A stretch of DNA of 63,273 nt, filler included, from Octopus bimaculoides (taxonomy: Eukaryota): assembly GCF_001194135.2 (NCBI RefSeq). It is 4 parts of 4 records of this genome, joined end to end, with 100 filler letters (N's around TTAATTAATTAA, not from the genome) between each part and the next. Parts side by side here need not be neighbours in the genome. Positions count along the whole stretch, not along the records: positions 51,015 to 61,903 come from NC_069009.1; positions 62,004 to 63,273 come from NW_026433510.1; 2 more parts are not named here. The stretch is one strand, 5' to 3'. Under the pieces are notes generated by a model. The model worked only from the letters and a program-made list of their open reading frames with translations. It did no database searches and was not told where the DNA came from. Below, piece by piece: positions 55,390 through 63,273 of this stretch (positions are counted from its first letter, which is position 1; each line of letters starts with the position of its first letter). A program made the position numbers and the translations under genes.

Positions 55390-56870
55390 AAGTATTGAAA
55401 AAAGTCAGGTAAATCCAAACCGTCCTATGGTTGCAGAGAACTGCATTTTATGAAAGATTTCCCCTTTAAAGCTAAAGAGTTTTAATTGCAGTAAAATCGG
55501 GCACAGATTATCAATATGCTGGTTGAAGAAAAATGTCAAAAATGAGAAACCGAAGAAAGTCTTCTCAACAAAATTATATTATACCATAGAAAACCGAAAA
55601 TGCCATTAGATACTGGTTCAAGCGTATCGATAATTAATACGTCAATATGGATTAAGATAGGAAGGCCGGTATACAAAAAATACTAAGATATTTCCCGGTG
55701 TATGGGGGGAACGAGTTCAGTTCTCGGGTGAAATTTCCCCATAAATAAAACTTAAAGAAATGACTCGGAAAAGTAAAATAATTGTATCTAAAAATACAAT
55801 GAATCTGTTCAGTACAGATTTAATGGAAGAATTCGACCTGTGGGATCCTCCATTGAATACATTATGTAATAAGGTGAACATGTCACAGTCCGTAACAGTT
55901 AATGCTTCGGAAAAATTGAAATTAGAATTAAAGAAGATATACCCCGATGTCTTCTCGGAAGGAACACGGAACAAGTACAAAAATCACAGTAAAATGTGAG
56001 TGGAAAGAAAATATTGTTCCGGTGTTCAAACCGAAAAGAAATGTGCCTTTTGTGGCGCGAAGTCAAGTTGAGAAGGTACTAAAAAGATTGGAAAACATGG
56101 GTGTAATTGAAAAAGTAGACTACTCAGAATAGGTGGCTGCTACTGTATATATGAATAAAGAAAAACAACAAAATAAGAGTGTACTGGGCCAAACCAGAGT
56201 ACTGGACCAAATTGAAGTACTGGACCGAATTGAAGTACTGGACCGAATTGAAGTACTGGNNNNNNNNNNNNNNNNNNNNNNNNNNNNNNNNNNNNNNNNN
56301 NNNNNNNNNNNNNNNNNNNNNNNNNNNNNNNNNNNNNNNNNNNNNNNNNNNNNNNNNNNNNNNNNNNNNNNNNNNNNNNNNNNNNNNNNNNNNNNNNNNN
56401 NNNNNNNNNNNNNGCAGACTTCACCACAGATCTTAATGACTGTTTAAAAAATTGCACCTCGAAGTTTTCAAATCTAGAAGAAATTTTTGTTAAATTCAAT
56501 GATGGAAATTTTTTTGTGAGCTGGATTTGTCAGAGGGCTACGTCCATATATTGGTGGATGAGCAATTAATACGCATAAAGGTCTGTACCGTTTCAATAAA
56601 ACTGACATTTGGGGTTAAGGTCGCACTAGCAATATATCAACATGTGATGGACACCATGCTAACAAACTGTGAGTTTGAGGTCCCATACTTGGATGAAAAG
56701 TGAATCGAGGGGCCAGCATTTTGAACATATTAAAAATGTCTTGGAAAGAATAAGCGGCTATGGATTTGAAGGAAGTGAAAAGAAATACGATTTTTTAAAC
56801 AAAAACAAAGTAGTTGGGACAGGTGATCGATGAAAACGGACGAAAACCGGAATCTTCTAGGTTCGACCCG
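55390..56870 (+). mobile_element. Degenerate Ty3/Gypsy gag-pol fragment
   Basis: Knuckle remnant SFNCSKIGH, protease MPLDTGSSVSII, RT PVFKPKRNVPF..RLENMGVIEKVDYSE, ADF..LNDCLK, LDLSEGY, THKGLYRF. Confidence 0.85.
56180..56259 (+). repeat. 18-bp minisatellite (gtactggaccgaattgaa)n inside the Gypsy RT
   Basis: At least 4 units running into an N gap, interrupting the RVC-ADF motif. Confidence 0.9.
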
Positions 56871-56879
56871 ATAAATTCA

Positions 56880-59150
56880 AAGTTTCCAAATGTTCGGATA
56901 TCACACAGTTGTGTTTGGAACAGTTTCTCTGTCTTGCTCACATCTTGGCCAAGTTGGTGTGGATTAAATAACAAGCCTGTAAAGTTATCCTAAAGTTGTA
57001 AGACTCCTCAGCTAAATTGCCATGCCAGGGACGTCTGGAAATTATCATAACCTTGAGCTTTCGCAGCAATGCCTTGAGGGACAATACATACAGAAGTGGA
57101 GAGAGAGGACATCCTTGCCGTACTGAGTCGAGTGTTCAATGCAGAAAAGTTCCAGAAACAAACCGTTCACCCGAACGATCGAATCAATGTTGCTATATAA
57201 ATTGGTGATCCACCCACGGATGGGCAAACCAAACTCGGCTGCCGCAAAGACTAGATACTGATGGTCAACCCTATGAAACGCTTTATATTGGTCAAAATGG
57301 GTCATAGCTCTACCCTTCCAGGAATTCTACTTACCCTCTCTAAGGTATAGCGTATAAGGTAAAGACTGTCGTGAATTGACCGACGAGGCTTGTGCCTCCC
57401 AAATAAGTCCACCCAACCTTGGTCAAAATCTTCAGCAGAGTGATGGGCCTCAAATTATCAATTACATCCCCATTGTTTTCGTCCTTTCTTAGCAGCGTCA
57501 TAATACCCCGGCTCAAAGACGTGGGTATACACGTGTTCCGCTTCCAGTTGATATAGACGCATGCAACTAGGTGCCCAAACAAGTCTGGCATAGTGTAATA
57601 CCGTCCGTATCAGCCTTTTACAGCTGGGATCGGCCTTTCGCAATATTCCGCTTCCCGCTCTGAGAGACACAGCAAATCGACGAGTCCGTGAGGTCCTCCC
57701 TACGCTCCGTACCACCGCCCCACTGCCCTTCCCGAAAATCTCTGTGAAATATTCGTGAAACTCTTTGCACATCTTGGGTTTGTTTGATGAGTGCTCATGT
57801 TGGTCCTTCAACATATTATTGTTGCATTATTGCCACATTGGGTGCCTAACACATGGGCCCATCTGGCAACGTTGATTCTCTCTTGTCCCATTGCACGCAA
57901 CATACCCCTGACAATGCATCCTTCGTAATTAGCATTGAGATGTTAGTCGTGCGCCAACCTTACAGCTAAAATTCTGGATGCAGAGCCTGACCTCATTGCC
58001 TCTTCTAGCGCCTTAACATAAGCCCATTCTATTCTATTCTATTCTATTATATTCTATTACTAACTAGATCCTTACTAAATCAAATGGATTCAAATTCAAT
58101 GGCTCTTTTGAGGGCATACCACAATTTGTTGTAAATAATGGTACCAGTCAATGCCCTCATTATTAACTGCCTAACCCGGTTCCTGTAGGCTTCATAGGTC
58201 AAAAGCGACCTGTTTAACTTCCAGTAACCTGGTCCCTGTCTACATATACTAAGTCAAATCTGTATATTACAAATCTATGACCACTGTAATTGACAATGTG
58301 ATGTTGTAGAGAAGTATCTAAGTTCGTATCTTTAATTCTAACAATACTCCTCTGTAGATAAGATCTGGAAGACCCATTGTTATTCGCACATGTCGACAAT
58401 GGAATGTCCAATTGATCCAGTGTGAATCGGTTTGCCAGCTGAAAATGACGAAGAAGATTTCCTCCTATCCGGGTTGGAGCCACACTTCCCTGCTCCGCAA
58501 GAAATGTAGACCACGATCAACTTGAAAGGTTTACCCTTGCTCTGCGCCACATCAAGGACGACTAAACTGCTCTCCAATTCTTATCTCTAAATCCAAATTT
58601 TTCCTAAGTAAAACTGAAGCCCCCTCCTTAACCTCCAGGCTGGAATGGAGAAATAAATTTTTCGTAGCAATTTAGCAGGAGTGAAAAAGCATGCAGTCCA
58701 CTCTGTCTGGTTTCAGTAGTAAATACTAAATCTATTGGTGGAGAGCATCCGGCACTTACGTGGCCCTTTTGGCCACACTTACAGATGCGCAGCTTTAGCC
58801 CCTCCACCATGACCCTTAATTTGGTGTCTTCACCAATTAAAATTGAGACAGGAATTTTCCAGGTCGACAGGGTCTGCCAGGGTCTGCTTGTATTACTATT
58901 TCTAATTCCTTCTCTGCCAGTTTTGCAGGTGAAAATTGTTTGCTTGAAGGATGGTGATCTTGTTTTCTAATCCGAATATTATAGCTGCAATGGGCCATGA
59001 AATATCAACTTCTGGTGGTACTTCTCCTACCTTTATCTTGGAAGTACGTCCTCCAAGGTATATTGCAGGAGAACCAGCTCGGCTGATGTGAATGTGGTTG
59101 TTCTGTTGCCTGGCTTTCTTTTCAGTCTTTGAATGTTACCTCCAACGTAA
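56880..59150 (-). mobile_element. Degenerate L1/Tx1-type LINE
   Basis: Minus strand ORF1 knuckle CKCGQKGHVSAGC, endonuclease-like FKLIVVY, RT SRGIMTLLRK..NLRPITLL and DQYKAFHRVDH. Confidence 0.8.
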
Positions 59151-59315
59151 CGAACTGTTTCAGTTTACTCTTCTTTATCTTTTCCATATTTCTCCCTATC
59201 TACTCGTCTTTAATTTTCTTCGTTTTCTCATCCTCCTCTTTTATTATAGTTTTTTTTAACTTTCTATATCAGCGTCCTCCACCTCATCATGATCACAAGG
59301 ATTAGCTGCAGTCTC

Positions 59316-59357
<42 letters not shown>

Positions 59358-59704
59358 TGTCGTTGTAGTTAACATCATCATCATCGTGATGAGCATCATC
59401 GTCATCTTCACCATCCTTATCATCCCTATCACTCATAAACCAGAGCTGCATTGCGAGCAGACCGAAACAAATTCACCACCACTAAATCCGTCACCACCAA
59501 TGCCATCATCATAATCATAATTGCTGCCATCATCACTTAACATTATTACATCCCTCATCATTATTTACATCACATTTTTAACTCATCATTTTCATTGTCA
59601 TATTCACTTAATTCTTTCATTTATATTTATATTCCTTCTATTTCTGCATCTAAATTGTTGGACGTAATATTTGAAAATTATGACAAATCTCTTCTGTTTT
59701 TCAG

Positions 59705-59776
59705 AGATCTAAAGAATAATAAAATCATCAGAATTGAAAATGGGTGGTTTGTAAATCTTCCAGCCTTAATAAATTT
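59705..59776 (+). CDS. 72-nt phase-2/2 leucine-rich-repeat exon (LGR/RXFP/GRL101-type receptor or similar LRR protein)
   Basis: tcttctgtttttcAG | exactly 72 nt | GTAAGT; encodes (L)DLKNNKIIRIENGWFVNLPALIN(L), matching LxLxxNxIxxIxxxxFxxLxxLxxL. Confidence 0.85.
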
Positions 59777-59849
59777 GTAAGTTGGATCCGTTTTGCTGAT
59801 ACTATATCCTTGACTATATATTTCCACATAGTTGATATCTTTATTAGAA

Positions 59850-61150
59850 ATCTTTAAGAAACATTTTATATTGTATGAAACATTTTATATCGTATGAAAC
59901 ATTTTATATTATACAACCTTGAGCAATATCGAGAGAGGTATTAAGGTTAGGCACAAGAGGAGCGGTGATAGACGGTCGCCTTGGTAAATGCCACAAGAAA
60001 TTCTTACATCTTTTGCCTTGCGAGATTCATTGTCACTATTCAAAGTAAGTGTGGTTCTCCATGAACTCATACTTACAGACAAGAAGTTTCGCAGTGTAGG
60101 CGCTATGTTATAAATTTGCGGACATTACTTAATCCAGCTAAGTGGTAGACTATCAAAAGCGTTTTTATAGTCTAACCAGGCTATCGACAAATTTATGTGT
60201 TTTTATTGACACTTTTCTTGGTTATGTAGAGGGTTTGGGCAAAATAATGGAAACACCTTTAAATTAATTTTGATATGGTGCTACACCCGATGTATAGTTT
60301 TTTTGTGGAAACTAGGTTCTGCAGTAATTTTGGGAGCTGTACTTTTGTGATCCTTTCTAAAAATCCGAGTAAGAGTCCGACAATCTATCAATTTGATTCG
60401 TTTGAAAGTCCGATTGATCTATCATTTTAATGAAATTGCCTTTTTATGATGATATCTAAAAAGAGACATAAATTTTAGCAAAACATATTAAACAACACTA
60501 ATAATAAAGGAAAAAGACATAAAACATATGCAAGCGTTTGACAGTTTTATTGACATCTGAAAATTATGATCTTATGACGCTCGTTTTTTACATTATTTTG
60601 TCCAACTCCTGTATATGGGAATGTAACACCTTTCACTAACCAATAGGGAACGATACTAGGTTGTTGCAAAACATTGTAGTAAAATGTTATTAGCAGTGCA
60701 TCATTCTCTGGGAAGACATTCAAACAGAACTTAAGAATATTATTATTTTCCTGGAGACTTCAATTTGCTTGATTTCCTGAGAGCTGATCTTACATCGTCT
60801 CCCATTATACTCTCCCACCTTGGCTTTTCTACGGAATCTAAGTCAGTAGATATTCTATCAATTCAAAAGACATTTTTATTGTATGGTTTCTCATTCCCAA
60901 TTTTTATTCCAAAATTCCGGCACTTCTATGAAAGAGACTTTACTGTATCTGGTATTTTCCCTATCCCCTGCAAAACATTTTTGGGTTATTTTTTAACATT
61001 TTGTCCTGAAAGAATCTCACGCTCTTTTCGTACCATGCTACGCGGGCACCCTTAGCACACACTTTTTGCTTAATAATCTCTATGGTGTTAACGATGTCAA
61101 GTATGGTTTTTATATTCTACTTTTCCATTAATTTTCGATAGTAAGACTTA
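59850..61150 (-). mobile_element. Degenerate R4/Dong-type LINE, 5' part of the RT region
   Basis: Minus strand DVRSALRKSS..KSPG, LSIAWLDYKNAFDSL, GIYQGDRLSPLL. Confidence 0.8.
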
Positions 61151-61736
61151 AGAACATATTATTTCACATTGACCAATTTTCATTATTTTTCTTTTGTTTA
61201 TTTAATGATGGGGGTGGATGACCATCTGTTGGAATATAACGGTTGGAATATAACGATTGTAGGGTATTTCCACTCCTGTGTTTCGGGAGGTCTTGTACAA
61301 ATACAAAGCAAATATCAACCATATAATGATAATAATGACAATGATGATGATGATGATGATGATGATATGAATAAATGCCTGATGCAGTACCAGGCAATGG
61401 CTCTCATGGCTTTTGATCTTAACTGATTGGTAGTGTAAACATGAACATTGTTTTGTCTTGATATAAAAGTTGGGCTATAGCAAATATTCTGCTCAATATC
61501 ACATACATGCTTGTCAGATGTTTCACCTCAACCAGTTGGGCAACATCAGTAAGGTCATGCGCTGTTCCACATGTCGCACACGTATGGTTGTGATGCATAT
61601 ACGAGGTGTACAAATATCAAACTTGTAGTCATGATGTGTATATTGGGGTTCATATACTTGTACCCCAATGCTAGTTTGAAGGCATGAGCTAATCTTTCAC
61701 TTCATAACAACAACAACAACAACAATGACGATAATG

Positions 61737-61808
<72 letters not shown>

Positions 61809-62839
61809 GGACTGCAAAAATACCTTCTCCAGAAGCAAGGGAAACTAATACAAATAGCCACAAAACACGAGCAAAACAAAAAACTGTTTTCAGTATTTAA
61901 GGANNNNNNNNNNNNNNNNNNNNNNNNNNNNNNNNNNNNNNNNNNNNTTAATTAATTAANNNNNNNNNNNNNNNNNNNNNNNNNNNNNNNNNNNNNNNNN
62001 NNNAGTAGTGGATCAACCAACTACACAGAGGATTCCAAGGTGGCAAACACAATGTATGTATGTGTGTTTGTCCCCCCACCATCGATTGACAACCGATGCT
62101 GGTGTGCTTACGTCCCTGTAACTCAGCGGTTCAGCAAAAAGAGACCGATAGAATATATACTAGGCTTAGAAGGAATAAGTCCTGGGGTCGATTTGCTCGA
62201 CTAAAGGCAGTGCTCCAGCATGGCTGCAGTCAGATGACTGAAACAAGTAAAAGAATATATATGTATGTATATGTATGTATAAACAAATAATAAATGAGTA
62301 TATGCATATATACGTACAGGTATGTGCATACCTACGTTTACCTGTATATATAGGTGCATATCTGGGTATAGGACGTTGCAAACAAAACGTAGACAAGAAA
62401 ATAATAATAACCAGAGTACAGAAAACACACAAGCCACATAGAGAATATTTTCCTTCATCAGCTACCCCCGTTTTAACACCGGCGTTTCGAAGAGTTGGGC
62501 AGGACGCATCGTTAAAACGGCTCTTCCCATGGACCGCAAATTAAATTTGTATGCAAAATTAAATCTGTGCCATGGAGGAATGTAGTGGCGGACAAAAAAC
62601 AAAACAGGAAAACAAACGGAAAAGGCTATGCGGCCAAACGTGAAAAATTATGTGTATATGAACGCTGTGAGGCACGAACTTGAAAGTGGGGACGAAGTAA
62701 GTTCGCGTGTTTGCTCGGCGATAGCCAAGGAAGAAAAGGATTAGTGACCGGAAGCATGTGACCATGCAGGGGTAAGGGAGAGAGAGAGAGTGGTAGAGGG
62801 AGAAACAAAGGGTGGAAGTAGAAGAATAGGTGAGCAACG

Positions 62840-62990
62840 AGAGAAAGAGGAATATAGTAGTAACAGAAGGAAGTACGAGGGGGGAAAGAGAGAGATATAG
62901 TAGTAACAGAAGGAAGAACGAGAGGGGTGAAGAGAGATACGTAGTAGTAACAGAGGAAGAATGAGCAGGGGAAAAGTGATAGAGAAAGAG
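62840..62990 (+). repeat. ~43-bp purine-rich minisatellite, about 3 copies
   Basis: Core tagtagtaacaga(a)ggaag at about 62855, 62898 and 62942. Confidence 0.8.
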
Positions 62991-63273
62991 ATAGAGTTGC
63001 GTCAGAAAATATAAAGTTGAAATAACTACTTACAACAGTGATGACGCCATGCATGTATATATATATGTAATTAACTCGAACAAAATAAATTGGTTAATAG
63101 ATACCAGGGTAGCAAAGATCACAAAATGACTGTGGTGTAACTCCTGTTTATGAGGTAGAAACTCCTTGTTATTTTGGGTACTTGAGCATATATAAATTTA
63201 GTAAATGGACTAAAGAGCATATGTTAACTGAATACTTTTATTTCCAACATATATTTCGAAGATTACAAATTAT

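Noticed and set aside
59705-59810. Possibility that the LRR exon is just antisense LINE RT
   Set aside because: LINE homology ends near 59850; exact 72-nt length, phase, splice sites and LRR consensus favour a real exon.

Overview
AT-rich eukaryotic genomic DNA, dense in microsatellites, with about 16 N-gaps. It is most likely an octopus draft scaffold; this is inferred from the repeat families and composition, not from a database match. Almost all ORF-track entries are microsatellite, gap or antisense artefacts. Protein-coding content I can support: (1) a two-coding-exon glycosyltransferase family 92 gene on +, join(17880..17911,20272..21538), 432 aa, whose family D-x-D-E motif reads N-F-D-E; (2) one 72-nt leucine-rich-repeat exon (59705-59776, +) of an LGR/GRL101-type or similar gene. 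The rest is tRNA-derived SINEs, R4/Dong-type and L1/Tx1 LINE relics, a Ty3/Gypsy relic, a mariner end and Penelope-like fragments. The most interesting signal is non-coding: two unrelated ~342-343-bp tandem-repeat units (1541-2268 and 19350-19759) each carry a minimal Type I hammerhead ribozyme fold with a palindromic helix III. This is the architecture of metazoan non-LTR retrozymes. One copy (2071-2120, minus) keeps every catalytic core nucleotide. All folds, alignments and counts were done by hand and need computational confirmation.
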